Assembly: GCA_028709305.1 (NCBI GenBank)
Contig: JAQVXE010000003.1
Coordinates: forward strand, 1 to 61,765
Direction: 5' to 3'
From: Bacillota bacterium
Lineage (GTDB): Bacteria; Bacillota; DTU025
Length of the DNA stretch: 61,765 nucleotides
Shown here: piece by piece, positions 49,109 through 59,476 of the stretch
Numbering within the stretch: the first letter of the stretch is position 1
Layout of the letters: the number at the start of each line of letters is the position of its first letter
Position numbers and translations under genes: made by a program
The notes under the pieces: model-generated
The model's database searches: none
Told to the model about the DNA's origin: nothing
Seen by the model: only the letters and a program-made list of their open reading frames with translations

Positions 49109-51694
49109 CTACGTCCGCCTGAATCTCAACTCATATCCTGTGAGCTCTGAGTAATCCTCACTTAGCTTCTCTGCAACCGATCCGTCGACGTCCACCGGGC
49201 CCCTCGCCTCAGCGTAGCCTCCATGAACACCAACCTTCATCCCGCCTAGCCCGTTGGCTGCAAGCAGTTCTCTTGCCAGATCAGCAAGTTCATTTACTCT
49301 TGCACTCTCCTGAATCTCCAGTTTCCAACCTGTGGCATCCTCCAACTGATCCAGTACAGCCCGGTAAGTCTCGCCGATTTGGGGGGTGATGAAGGCCAGA
49401 GCCATACGACCCTCATCCCTGTAGATGCTGATCTTAGGATGATGGACCGCGCCTGCGAAGGCGTCGTCGATCATGCCCTTCGCCATGTTCTGTTCCATTA
49501 AGGGCTCACCAGGCGCGCCCACGCTTCGCGAAAGAGCGGCATCAAGGGAAGCCACATTCCATGGCTCCTGCTCCGCCCCGCCACGTCGCGCGGCGACAAC
49601 CTGATCCAGAAGGCTCTGACCTTCCACTTTGAATATCAATCTGTAGCCTGTTTCATCTTCGAACGCTCTTGCATATTCCCCCAATGTTCGTCCACAAATA
49701 CCAGGCTGTTCCAGCCCAGCTGGCTCCCTCACAGTAACTGTTTGCGCCCCAAACGACGGGTCGCGGTTTACTCTTATGCCAAACTCGTCTGCTAGATCCG
49801 ATTTGATCTTGGCCTTCAAGAATTCCATGTTAGAGTTTGGCGCAACCTCAATGCTTCGCAGTATCTCTTGCTCCAAGCTAGCAATCTCGTCCGCACACCT
49901 CTCAGCGTATTTCGGTGTGGGAAAGTACAAAGCTACACTTCCGTCTGAAGCAAAACCAACCTTCTGAAGGCCGAACTCTCTCAACCTTTCCTGGAGCAGC
50001 GCCCATGCCGCATTCTGCTCCATGGGTTTCGGCGTCACTGCGTCCACATATTCCTCTTCAGTCAATACGTAGACGACGTTGGGATTGGTGTAGGCAGACC
50101 TAAAGCGAAGCGACTCCCGAATCTTCTTCCGAAAAGCCTGTTTCTCCTCCTCTGAAATCTCTTGGGGCCCATGCCAAACCATCATCAGATCAGCAACTGT
50201 AAGCGTCGTCCCTTCGGTATCCGTCTCCACAAGATGCTGCCAGAGCTCCTCAGTATCCACTGGTTCTTCCTTGTGTAAGGCGATTCTGTGCACCTGAGGC
50301 TTCAGCGAATAACGCCGTTTTGCCCCACCATCTGCCGCAGAATACTCATGAACCCCGAGGGAGTCGGCGACTTCGATTCGGGTATCAGGCAACTCATCTG
50401 CCAGCGCCTGGGAGAGCCCCGCAAGGGACTCTTCGTTGCCATGATTGAGCAAAACGAAGTTGGGCATCAAAGCCTTCACTGAGGCAACAATGCCAAGGGA
50501 GTCAGCATGGGCAGAGAGGCCGAACTTCCCCACCTTGCACCTAACTCGGTGCTCACGTTCATTCAGGACAATCGTCCGTTCGCTCTCAGGCAGATCAATC
50601 AGGTCCATCAGCCTTCTGCCTGGCGATTCTTCATCCTGGTATCCTACTATTGCAAGGAGGTTCTTCTCGCTCTCAACTATCTTCTCTGCATAGATCGGTG
50701 ATACCCCGCCTGTGAGCATTCCTGAGCTTGCGACTATCACACATGGGTCTTTTGAGGCAAGGATCTTGTCGCGTTGGGACCTGCTTCCCACCGCCTCGAT
50801 GCCACTTGTATAGAAAAGCTCATTGCCTCGCAGAACTTCCTTCTCGTATCTTCGCTTTAAGTAGTTTGGGTTACGTGCGAACACAGTGTTGACGTTCCTT
50901 ATCAGACCGTCTACATACACTGGGTATTTCCTCTTCGTCTTACGCATGTAGTTTCTGAGAGCAAGGAGTATCTCCTGGGATCTTCCTACAGCAAACGCAG
51001 GGATGAGGACCTGGCCACCGGAGTCCAAGCTTTCACCAACCGCATCCAACAGCCTTTGCACCTCATGAAACCGAGGCGCATGGATTCTCGATCCGTAAGT
51101 GGCCTCAGCAATTACCACATCGGCCCCACGCTTCAGCACACCACTGAATCCTTGCATCCAAACGGTCTCCTGCTCGAATGTGGTGAAATCGCCCGTGTAA
51201 AGAAGCGTCCCCTCTCCTGTCTGGAGCAGAATTGCAGCAGCGCCAAGGATGTGGCCGGCCCGAAGGAAAACCGCCTGAATCCCTTCTGCCGCCTCAAAAG
51301 AAGTCTCAAATCCGTAGGTCACCATCCTGTCAAGAGCCTGCTCAGCGTCTTCCTCATTGAAGAGCTGCAATCCCTCGCTAAACTCCGCAACCTTGATAGA
51401 ATCGTACAGCAAGACTCTTGCCAGATCCTTTGTGGCTGTTGTGGCATATATGGACGCGCCAGGCGACAGCTTGGCAACAAGCGGCAGCGCACCACTGTGA
51501 TCGAGGTGGGCATGGGACACGATTATCGCATCGAGGACAATGTCATTTAGGGGCTCCAAGTTCGGGAGCATTTCAGTCCCCTCTTCACTCACCCTCACGC
51601 CTGCATCGAGCAATATGTTCTTTCCTGATTCGGTGCTGGCAAGTATGCATGAGGCACCAACTTCTCCAGCGCCCCCCAAAAAACGTATCTTCAT
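49109..51694 (-). CDS. MBL-fold beta-CASP ribonuclease-like protein with a ~400-aa C-terminal extension
   Basis: The N-terminal ~450 aa carry VSHAHLDHSGALP and a beta-CASP-type layout. The C-terminal ~400 aa are unassigned and internally repetitive. Confidence 0.75.
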   Translation of the reverse strand: MKIRFLGGAGEVGASCILASTESGKNILLDAGVRVSEEGTEMLPNLEPLNDIVLDAIIVSHAHLDHSGALPLVAKLSPGASIYATTATKDLARVLLYDSIKVAEFSEGLQLFNEEDAEQALDRMVTYGFETSFEAAEGIQAVFLRAGHILGAAAILLQTGEGTLLYTGDFTTFEQETVWMQGFSGVLKRGADVVIAEATYGSRIHAPRFHEVQRLLDAVGESLDSGGQVLIPAFAVGRSQEILLALRNYMRKTKRKYPVYVDGLIRNVNTVFARNPNYLKRRYEKEVLRGNELFYTSGIEAVGSRSQRDKILASKDPCVIVASSGMLTGGVSPIYAEKIVESEKNLLAIVGYQDEESPGRRLMDLIDLPESERTIVLNEREHRVRCKVGKFGLSAHADSLGIVASVKALMPNFVLLNHGNEESLAGLSQALADELPDTRIEVADSLGVHEYSAADGGAKRRYSLKPQVHRIALHKEEPVDTEELWQHLVETDTEGTTLTVADLMMVWHGPQEISEEEKQAFRKKIRESLRFRSAYTNPNVVYVLTEEEYVDAVTPKPMEQNAAWALLQERLREFGLQKVGFASDGSVALYFPTPKYAERCADEIASLEQEILRSIEVAPNSNMEFLKAKIKSDLADEFGIRVNRDPSFGAQTVTVREPAGLEQPGICGRTLGEYARAFEDETGYRLIFKVEGQSLLDQVVAARRGGAEQEPWNVASLDAALSRSVGAPGEPLMEQNMAKGMIDDAFAGAVHHPKISIYRDEGRMALAFITPQIGETYRAVLDQLEDATGWKLEIQESARVNELADLARELLAANGLGGMKVGVHGGYAEARGPVDVDGSVAEKLSEDYSELTGYELRFRRT

Positions 51695-51850
51695 AGACTA
51701 TTTCTCCTACATGATAGATTGCAAATACAGCCGTTTCGGCTCATTACCACAATCTCTATGGTAGCTCGTTTCGCGAGAGAACACGCGGCGCAACAGAGGC
51801 ATGGCCCGGCCATTACCGAGCACTGGCGCATGCCTCATTCGCCAGGCACG

Positions 51851-52807
51851 CTACTCCGGCAGCTTCCTCATGGCCCGCACTCCCCAGAGCATCGGTTTGA
51901 GATGGACCGGTTCCCTCCCGCCGCTAGCCAGGGCACGTTCGAAGAGCCCCATGGCAACCTCTACGCGCGCATCAAGCATGGCCTCACCAGCCTCAGCCGT
52001 TGCCTTGCCCGGATCGCCCATGTAGGGCAGCATGTCAGGATCGCCCACCCACGCCAGAGTATTCGCGAGGTGTTTCAGGTCACGCGAAAACACGTCGCCG
52101 CCAAAGAATTTGACGATCTTGGCCAATCCGGCCACGAGCGACGCTCCTCCCGTGTGAGGAGAGGGTGTGGAAGCAGGAACTTCACTGTGTACTTCCGCCA
52201 CCAACTCAGGGCAACACGTCAGCATCAGCGATGTCTCATTCGTCCCGGCGTGGCTGTCGCGATCATCTCCGCATACACCGTGCCCGAGACCTGTTTTCTC
52301 CATAAAACCCGGATCATGCTGAACCATGTACCGAAACTCTATATTGAATGGATCGATGAGGTAAAACTTGTATTTCCTCCAAAGCGCCCGCGCTGCCGCT
52401 TCAATCCCCATCTGATGGCGCGGTCCGCCATGGTTGTCTGCCACAAAAAGATAACGGAAACCCTGGGCCGCCAGGCCTTTGCCGTAAGAAAGCAACGCCC
52501 CCTCGAGATAGGGCGCAGCTACCGACAATGACCCCTTCACAGGAAGGGCATCTGAACCCAAGTATAGAGATGGCAATGTCACAAATGTGAGCTCGGGACT
52601 GCGCCTGTGAAGTGCCTTGATGTACCTCTTGGCCAGCTCCTCGGCGATGAAAACATCCGTACCCACTGGCAGATGGGGTCCGTGGACCTCGATCGGACTC
52701 ACACTCATCATGAAGACCGTGGATTCGCGGTTCAGAGCAGAAATCTCCGGCAACCGCATCTTCACGTACTCCAGAACAACTGGCTCTCCTGACTCTGTTT
52801 TGGCCAT
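51851..52807 (-). CDS. creatininase (creatinine amidohydrolase/MftE-like) family protein
   Basis: SPIEVHGPHLPVGTD and VADNHGGP motifs typical of the family. 318 aa. Confidence 0.7.
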   Translation of the reverse strand: MAKTESGEPVVLEYVKMRLPEISALNRESTVFMMSVSPIEVHGPHLPVGTDVFIAEELAKRYIKALHRRSPELTFVTLPSLYLGSDALPVKGSLSVAAPYLEGALLSYGKGLAAQGFRYLFVADNHGGPRHQMGIEAAARALWRKYKFYLIDPFNIEFRYMVQHDPGFMEKTGLGHGVCGDDRDSHAGTNETSLMLTCCPELVAEVHSEVPASTPSPHTGGASLVAGLAKIVKFFGGDVFSRDLKHLANTLAWVGDPDMLPYMGDPGKATAEAGEAMLDARVEVAMGLFERALASGGREPVHLKPMLWGVRAMRKLPE

Positions 52808-52999
52808 ATTGAACCGCCTCCACTGCTAAACATGAACGTATATGTTGATCCTGCCGTCCTTCTCACGAAAGCCTGTAGGATACTCAAGATCTTCTGCCAA
52901 AACGAATGCGAGTGCACGCCTATTGGTTCAACATGTCACACGTTATACCTTTTACCGATTGCACAAGCAGGCATTCGCTACCTCCGCCCCAAATTTGAG

Positions 53000-53027
53000 A
53001 GCCGGGCGCCACACCGGACGCCCGGCT
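53000..53027 (-). terminator. hairpin downstream of the substrate-binding protein gene
   Basis: 9-bp GC-rich perfect stem AGCCGGGCG / CGCCCGGCT. On the minus strand it is followed by CTCAAATTT (weak U-tract). Confidence 0.4.
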
Positions 53028-53092
53028 TCGAAACCCAGTCTGCATATTGCAGACTTCATTCAACACTCAAGGCGAACCTTTCGCCCCGAGCC

Positions 53093-54283
53093 TCATACCT
53101 TCAGCTTAACCCAGCCTGATATGACTTCGATGGAGCCCTCCTCGAACCTGGGTTTGGCAAACTTCATGAAGTACATCGAAGCCTTGCCCGACCTCCACTC
53201 AGACGTGTAGGTTATGCCCTTGGCCATGATTCCGTTCCAATCCTTGAATGTCTCCATTGCTGCCACAAGCCCTTCGCGGGTGGGGTTGGCCCCGCACCTC
53301 TTCAGGCCCTCGCAGAAGACTTCGGCCGCGATGAATCCAGCCGACGCGAAGGCACTTGGCATTTCGCCGGGGTAGGTTGCCTGGTAGATCTCGAGATACC
53401 TGATGGAATCCTCGTCGTTTCCAAGCACAGGCACCCAGCCGGGAGCGATCAAGCCTACGCATGCCTCACCAGCAAGCGCCGGCATCTGGATGGGATCAGC
53501 ATTGACGTACGTCGTCAGGAACTGCGCGTCAAGCCCCATAACATCCGCCTGCTTCAGGAAGCCTGCGCACGGTTTCAGGGTGGAGTAGATGATAACCGCG
53601 TCTGGCCTGGCCTTGATAAGTTTTAGAACCTGCGAGCTGAAGTCAACGTCGGCTGCACCGAAGTTCACGACTTCGACTGGCTCCATCTTGTAGGCAGCCA
53701 GCTGCTCCTTTACGCCCCTGAGGCCCTCGGATCCTATGTCAGTCTGCTCGCACGCCACTGCGATCCTCTTGCACCCGAGCCCTTGCACGACATACTGGGC
53801 GATAATGCGGCCCTCACTTATGAAGTTGGGCTGCACCGGGAAGAAGTACTTCTTCGGCGGAAATGCCAGTTCACTGATGCCGCTGCCATGGTAGATCGAC
53901 GGAACCTTCTTTGACTGGATGTAGTCGATAGTTGCCTGCACGCCAGGGGTTCCCAGCGTACCGACGAGCGCAAAGACCTTGTCCTGCTCGATCAGCTTCT
54001 TGGTGGCCGCTATCGACCTGGACGGCTGAAAGCCATCGTCTTCAACAATGAGCTTGATCTTGCGCCCATTCACTCCGCCCCGGGAGTTAATCCAGTTCAG
54101 GTAGGCCTCCATGCCCTTGCGCATGTTGATCCCGACTACAGCGGCCGGACCCGACTGGTCCTGAAATGCGCCGATTAGAACCTGATTTGCGGTCACGCCA
54201 GGCTCCGCAGCAGTAACCAACCCCGCGGTGCCCAGAAGAACGACCATAAGAGATGCGAGCGCCAATTTCCAATGCCTTCTCAT
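53093..54283 (-). CDS. branched-chain amino acid ABC transporter substrate-binding protein (LivJ/K-like)
   Basis: 396 aa with a signal peptide and a periplasmic-binding-protein type I layout (IGAFQDQSGPAAVVG, VGTLGTPG). It is downstream of livHMGF-type genes. Confidence 0.8.
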   Translation of the reverse strand: MRRHWKLALASLMVVLLGTAGLVTAAEPGVTANQVLIGAFQDQSGPAAVVGINMRKGMEAYLNWINSRGGVNGRKIKLIVEDDGFQPSRSIAATKKLIEQDKVFALVGTLGTPGVQATIDYIQSKKVPSIYHGSGISELAFPPKKYFFPVQPNFISEGRIIAQYVVQGLGCKRIAVACEQTDIGSEGLRGVKEQLAAYKMEPVEVVNFGAADVDFSSQVLKLIKARPDAVIIYSTLKPCAGFLKQADVMGLDAQFLTTYVNADPIQMPALAGEACVGLIAPGWVPVLGNDEDSIRYLEIYQATYPGEMPSAFASAGFIAAEVFCEGLKRCGANPTREGLVAAMETFKDWNGIMAKGITYTSEWRSGKASMYFMKFAKPRFEEGSIEVISGWVKLKV

Positions 54284-54412
54284 TGTGCCAACCTCCTCGC
54301 TTTTTGACGCGTCGTCCTGATTGTCGTGATCGTAACGGTCATAGTCGCAATTGCAGTCGCCGTCATCCAGGTGATCCCTGCGCCGGCCCGACCGGTTGAG
54401 GAATGGGTCCGG

Positions 54413-55138
54413 CTATGCGCCTCTGCCCCTCGCACCCCCTCCCAGGTAGGAACGTTTCACTTCCTCGCTCTCTAGTAGCTCGTCGCTGGGGCCTGAAAGG
54501 ACCACGCTTCCCGTCTCCAGTATGTAGGCGCGGTCGGACGCGGCCAGGGCAAGCCTGGCGTTCTGCTCCACGAGCAATATCGTTGTGCCTTCAGCATTCA
54601 GCGCCTTGATTATCTGGAATATCTGCCTGGTCACCATCGGGGCCAATCCGAGAGAAGGCTCATCGAGCAGCAATACTTTGGGGCTCGCCATCAGCGCCCG
54701 CCCTATCGCCAGCATCTGCTGTTCCCCTCCACTGAGCGTGCCTGCGGGTTGAGTCTCCCTCTCTTTCAAGACGGGGAAATGCTCATAAACTCGGGCAAAG
54801 TCCTGGGGAATCCTGGCGCGGTCCCGGCGCGAATATGTCCCAATGAGCAGGTTCTCCTTGGCTGAAAGCTCCGGAAAAACCTGCCGCCCCTCTGGCGCTT
54901 GAACGATTCCGAGGGAGACTATGCGCTCCGGGGAAAGCCCGTCTATGGGCGCGCCCTCAAATTCAATGGAACCCGAAGCGGGCCTCACCACACCTGAGAT
55001 CGCCCGCAGTGTGGTGGTCTTTCCCGCGCCGTTCGCCCCCAAAAGAGCGACAATCTCGCCCTCGCGCACATCCATAGATACATGCCTGAGGGCTCCGACC
55101 ATGCCGTAGGAAACATCAACTTCAGACAGCCTCAGCAT
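54413..55138 (-). CDS. livF: branched-chain amino acid ABC transporter ATP-binding protein LivF-like
   Basis: GANGAGKTT, LSGGEQQMLAIGRAL and LLLDEPSLGLAP. The ATG at 55138 has better RBS spacing than those at 55147 or 55195. Confidence 0.85.
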   Translation of the reverse strand: MLRLSEVDVSYGMVGALRHVSMDVREGEIVALLGANGAGKTTTLRAISGVVRPASGSIEFEGAPIDGLSPERIVSLGIVQAPEGRQVFPELSAKENLLIGTYSRRDRARIPQDFARVYEHFPVLKERETQPAGTLSGGEQQMLAIGRALMASPKVLLLDEPSLGLAPMVTRQIFQIIKALNAEGTTILLVEQNARLALAASDRAYILETGSVVLSGPSDELLESEEVKRSYLGGGARGRGA

Positions 55139-55895
55139 CTCCTGCATCCTCCCCGAGATAAGCCTGGATGACCTGCGGGTCCTGCTGAACCTCATCAGGA
55201 GTGCCCTCCGCTATCTTCCGGCCAAAGTTCATCACAGTTATCTCGTCACACAGCCCCATAACGAAAGACATGTCGTGCTCGACCAGGAGCACCGTCATCC
55301 CGAATTCGTCCCTGATATGTCTTATGACCGCCGCAAGCTCCCCCCGCTCCGTTAGGTTCATTCCAGCAACCGGCTCATCCAACAGGAGCAGACTGGGGCG
55401 GAGCGCGAGAGCCCTCGCAAGTTCAACAAGTTTCTGCACTCCGTACGGAAGGCCATATGCAATTCTGCCGGCGTATTCAGCTATCCCAAGGAACTCGAGG
55501 GTCTTCATTGCCTCGACTCTGAGGCGCTCTTCATCCTTCCTCGCTGCCTGGGTCTGAAATGCCCCGGTGATGAAGTTGGCAGTTCCCGCTACGTGCAGCC
55601 CGATGAGGACATTGTCAAGCACTGTCTGCCCGCGGAACAGCTCAACGTTTTGAAATGTTCGAGCTATGCCCCGTGCGATGATATCGTGGGGTTCGCATAC
55701 AAGGGGCTCGCCACGGAAGGATATGCTGCCCTCATCCTGCCTCACAAACCCGGATATGCAGTTGAACACAGTGCTCTTACCTGCTCCGTTAGGGCCTATG
55801 AGACCGTGGATATTCCCCTCCCTCACGCCGAAACTGAGGGAATCGACTGCAACGAGCCCTCCAAACCTCACAGTTATGCCTTCAAGCTCAAGCAT
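55122..55895 (-). CDS. livG: branched-chain amino acid ABC transporter ATP-binding protein LivG-like
   Basis: GPNGAGKST, LLLLDEPVAGMN and the C-terminal end VIQAYLGE typical of LivG. ATG at 55895. Confidence 0.85.
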   Translation of the reverse strand: MLELEGITVRFGGLVAVDSLSFGVREGNIHGLIGPNGAGKSTVFNCISGFVRQDEGSISFRGEPLVCEPHDIIARGIARTFQNVELFRGQTVLDNVLIGLHVAGTANFITGAFQTQAARKDEERLRVEAMKTLEFLGIAEYAGRIAYGLPYGVQKLVELARALALRPSLLLLDEPVAGMNLTERGELAAVIRHIRDEFGMTVLLVEHDMSFVMGLCDEITVMNFGRKIAEGTPDEVQQDPQVIQAYLGEDAGDAEAV

Positions 55896-56883
55896 CGCCA
55901 CTCGTCTCCACCCTCCCCGCTTTCGATCTCGCACTCCTTGCACTCCTTATCCGCCAGGGCAGGCTGACCAGCCCATATGGCAGGAAGAGCACCACCAGTA
56001 TCAGGGAAATGCCTGACAGGACCAGTGGCAGGTTCTTCACCCGGCTGAAAACGTGGGGCATGAGGGTCATGAAAATCGCCCCGAGGATCGACCCCGGCAC
56101 ACTACCCAGGCCTCCCACACAGATGGAAGCGAGCAACGTCATAGAAACGCCCATGTTGAAGTCGTATGGGCTTACATACTTGACGAGGTGCGCATACAGG
56201 CTCCCGGCAATGCCTGCGTAAAATGCGCTTATGGCAAAGGCAAATACCTTGTACTTGGCAAGGTTTATCCCCATAGCCTGCGCGGCAACCTCACTGTCAC
56301 GCACAGCCATCAGGGCTCGGCCCGGACGTGAACGCAGCATGTTCCGCCCCGCCACCACCATAAGCCAGGTCACCACCAGGGCGAGATAGTAGTAGCTAAG
56401 GTCGGTATCAAACCTGAAGCCCAGGATCGAGGCGACAGGGACTTTCATCCCCTGGTACCCTCCTGTCAGCCCGTCCCAAACCGCGGATAGCTGGTTAACA
56501 GCAACTCCAAAACCCAGCGTGCATATGGCAAGGTAGTGCCCGTGCAGCCGAAGGGCCGGCACTCCCAGGCCAAGCCCGATCACAGCCGCCAGGAGCCCCG
56601 AGAGCACCATCGAAGGAAGGAACGGGATGCCCAGCCGGCCTGTGAATATTGCGGAGGCGTAAGCTGCTATTCCCATGAACCCGGCATGCCCTATTGAAAT
56701 CTGGCCTGTGTAGCCTGTAAGTATGTTAAGACCTAGCGAGACGATTACGTAAACCATGACCAGACTGTAAATGTAGACTACATAGGCCCTGCCGAAGGCA
56801 ATTGTAATGAGTGGCAACAGAATGAGGGCCGCCCCGAGCAAGGCATTGCGAGTTCCCTTGCGCAGATTATTCACAAGCCTCAC
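55888..56883 (-). CDS. livM: branched-chain amino acid ABC transporter permease LivM-like
   Basis: 331-aa polytopic protein with GYTGQISIGHAGFMGIAAY, typical of LivM. Confidence 0.85.
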   Translation of the reverse strand: MRLVNNLRKGTRNALLGAALILLPLITIAFGRAYVVYIYSLVMVYVIVSLGLNILTGYTGQISIGHAGFMGIAAYASAIFTGRLGIPFLPSMVLSGLLAAVIGLGLGVPALRLHGHYLAICTLGFGVAVNQLSAVWDGLTGGYQGMKVPVASILGFRFDTDLSYYYLALVVTWLMVVAGRNMLRSRPGRALMAVRDSEVAAQAMGINLAKYKVFAFAISAFYAGIAGSLYAHLVKYVSPYDFNMGVSMTLLASICVGGLGSVPGSILGAIFMTLMPHVFSRVKNLPLVLSGISLILVVLFLPYGLVSLPWRIRSARSARSKAGRVETSGDA

Positions 56884-57749
56884 ACCTTCCTTCTCTCAGT
56901 CGTGCCCATGATCCCGCTGGGGCGAATCAGGAGAACTATGACTATAAGGGCAAAAGCGAAAGTGCTCTTAAGCTGTGTGGAGATGTATCCTGCGACCAGG
57001 TTCTCAAGCACGCCCAGAAGGAGTCCGCCGACCACGGCGCCGGGCAGGCTCGAGAATCCTCCTAGCACCGCTGCGGTAAACGCCTTTATTTGAACCTCCG
57101 CCATCATGCTGGGACTGAGGAACGTAGTCGGAGCTATGAGTATTCCGGCGACAGCTCCCAGCACGGCGCTGATCCCCCAGGTAATGGCATAGACCTTTGG
57201 CACAGGAACTCCCATTAGCCGCGCTGCCCGAGGGTTTTGCGAGGTGGCTCTTATGGCGATTCCGGCCATGGTGAACCTGAGCGCCAGGTACAGGGCTCCG
57301 GCCATTATCACAGTCACCGCTAGCACAAGAAGGCTGTCACGGGTGACTATGATATCGCCGATGAGAAGCGGACGGCCCCGCACCGCATACGGAAAGCTCA
57401 CCGGGTCAAATCCCCATATCCACCCTGCCGCTCCATTGAAGACCATAAAGAGCCCGAGAGTCATGATCATCATGCTCACAAGCGGCCCTTCCTGGATCGG
57501 CCTGAGGAACACGCGTTCTACCACCATGCCGAAGATGAATGCGAAGGCCAGCGCGCTCAGCATGGCAAGGATATATGGCAGTCCTGCCCGAACAAGCAGA
57601 GTGTAGGCCACAAAAGTCGATATCATGGCCATCTCGCCATGGGCGAAGTTGACGATCTCCATGGTTCTGTAGATGAGCACAAGCCCCAGTGCCGCCAGGG
57701 CATACAGGCACCCGGCTGAAAGGCCGCTTACCACCTGCTGCCAGAACAC
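56880..57749 (-). CDS. livH: branched-chain amino acid ABC transporter permease LivH-like
   Basis: 289 aa with a LivH-like N-terminus (LSAGCLYALAALGLVLIYRTMEIVNFAHGEMAM). Confidence 0.85.
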   Translation of the reverse strand: MFWQQVVSGLSAGCLYALAALGLVLIYRTMEIVNFAHGEMAMISTFVAYTLLVRAGLPYILAMLSALAFAFIFGMVVERVFLRPIQEGPLVSMMIMTLGLFMVFNGAAGWIWGFDPVSFPYAVRGRPLLIGDIIVTRDSLLVLAVTVIMAGALYLALRFTMAGIAIRATSQNPRAARLMGVPVPKVYAITWGISAVLGAVAGILIAPTTFLSPSMMAEVQIKAFTAAVLGGFSSLPGAVVGGLLLGVLENLVAGYISTQLKSTFAFALIVIVLLIRPSGIMGTTERRKV

Positions 57750-57761
57750 GCCTCCACCCCC

Positions 57762-57983
57762 CTAGTCCCTCTCAAGTAGTTGGATCTCGTCGCGGATGAA
57801 GTTGACGGCATCGTCCAAATCCGCAAATCTGCGCTCGTGTCCGCCCTGGATGTGCCTGACCGCAATTCGAAGGTTGGGCGCCCCATCGCCGGTGTCTGTG
57901 ACGTTGGTGTTCAGCGAGCCTACGCCCACTGCGGGTTTGACGAACCTGATCACGAACGACGCAATTACTGTCTCGCGCGTCAT
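57762..57983 (-). CDS. small hypothetical protein (73 aa)
   Basis: The ORF track gives 57762..58070. The ATG at 57983 follows GGAGGAG at good spacing, and the ATG at 58004 is also possible. The stop lies 12 nt before livH. No family was recognised. Confidence 0.4.
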   Translation of the reverse strand: MTRETVIASFVIRFVKPAVGVGSLNTNVTDTGDGAPNLRIAVRHIQGGHERRFADLDDAVNFIRDEIQLLERD

Positions 57984-58094
57984 ATCACGAACTCCTCCGC
58001 TCATTTCTACTCTCCGTGATGATCGCGGGGACCGTCCTTCCCAGAGGCGCGCGCCGCATTGGGTCGTCATCCGGCCCCACCCGCATCAATCCTG

Positions 58095-59273
58095 TTATCT
58101 CTCGACGATCATCGCCATGCCCATGCCCCCGCCGATGCACAGCGTTGCAAGGCCCAGCCCGACGTCTCTCCGCTTCATCTCGTAGAGCAAGGTAGTGAGG
58201 ATCCTGGTCCCGCTGGCGCCGATGGGATGGCCGAGGGCGATGGCGCCTCCGTTGACGTTGACCTTCTCAGGATCCCATGCAAGGTCACGGGCTACCGCAA
58301 TGGACTGTGCGGCAAAGGCCTCATTCGCCTCTATTAGGTCGATATCGTTCAATGCCAGCCCTGCCTTCTCCAGCGCCTTCCTGGTTGCAGGCACCGGGCC
58401 TATCCCCATCACGCTGGGGTCAACACCCGCCGACGCATACGACCTGATCTTGGCCAACGGCTCGATTCCCAGCTCGCGAGCGCGCTCGGCCGACATGACC
58501 ACTACTGCGGCCGCGCCGTCATTGATTCCCGAAGCGTTTCCAGCCGTAACCGTTCCGTCCTTCTTAAAGGCCGGCCTCAGCTTCGCCAGGATTTCAGCGG
58601 TCGTCCCCGGCCGCACATGTTCGTCCTGTGCAAAGATGATCGGATCCTTCTTCCTCTGGGGGACCTCTACGGGGACGATCTCGTCGGCGAATCTGCCGGC
58701 CTCTATAGCCGCAGCCGCTTTCCTCTGGCTACCCGCCGCAAACTCGTCCTGCTCCTCGCGGGAAATCCCGTACTTCTCGGCAACGTTCTCGGCAGTAATC
58801 CCCATGTGGGTATTGCCAAAGATGCACCACAATCCATCGTGGACCATCTCGTCGATGATCTCGGCGTTGCCCATGCGGTATCCAGTCCTCGCCTTGTCGA
58901 GGATGTAGGGAGCCAAATTCATGTTCTCCAGCCCGCCTGCAACTACAATATCGGCATCGCCTACCATGATTGCCTGGGCGGCCAAGGCTACAGACTTCAG
59001 TCCTGAAGCGCAGACCTTATTCACTGTCATGGCAGGGGTCTCCACCGGCAAACCGGCCCCGATCGCCGCCTGCCGCGCAGGGTTCTGCCCTTGTCCTGCC
59101 TGGAGCACGCAGCCCATGATCACTTCATCGACTGCATCGCTACCGATTCCCGCCCTCTCGATGGCCGCTTTCAGCGCCACAGCGCCCAATTGGGCGGCGG
59201 GCACTGTCGCAAGAGTCCCTCCAAACGTGCCTATGGCAGTTCGCGCAGCAGAAGCTATAACAACCTCTCTCAT
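58095..59273 (-). CDS. acetyl-CoA C-acetyltransferase (thiolase II)
   Basis: 392 aa with [12 protein letters not shown] (Cys nucleophile), [15 protein letters not shown] and [10 protein letters not shown]. Confidence 0.95.
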   Translation of the reverse strand: MREVVIASAARTAIGTFGGTLATVPAAQLGAVALKAAIERAGIGSDAVDEVIMGCVLQAGQGQNPARQAAIGAGLPVETPAMTVNKVCASGLKSVALAAQAIMVGDADIVVAGGLENMNLAPYILDKARTGYRMGNAEIIDEMVHDGLWCIFGNTHMGITAENVAEKYGISREEQDEFAAGSQRKAAAAIEAGRFADEIVPVEVPQRKKDPIIFAQDEHVRPGTTAEILAKLRPAFKKDGTVTAGNASGINDGAAAVVVMSAERARELGIEPLAKIRSYASAGVDPSVMGIGPVPATRKALEKAGLALNDIDLIEANEAFAAQSIAVARDLAWDPEKVNVNGGAIALGHPIGASGTRILTTLLYEMKRRDVGLGLATLCIGGGMGMAMIVER

Positions 59274-59476
59274 GCTTCAATACCTCCATTGCAATTCTGG
59301 TTGCAGCGCATCAAGCATCGCGTCGAGCCAGACCGCCGCACATTCCAAGATTCAACGAAGTTCGGCCCTGAACCTTCCGTGGCCGACCAGCCATTCTCAA
59401 TTTGTGCGCCATTTGTCGCCTCATCTCCGACCGCAAGCCTCCTTCGACTCTGGCCTCGGCCTGGAAGCGCGCCCGG

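Noticed and set aside
54284-54412. The spacer between livF and the binding-protein gene is open and in frame with both, encoding an Asp-rich stretch (DDGDCNCDYDRYDHDNQDD)
   Set aside because: No ATG, GTG or TTG start lies between the livF TAG and the binding-protein ATG. That ATG has a strong GAGGAGG RBS and an immediate signal peptide. The stretch is probably non-coding, and readthrough is pure speculation.
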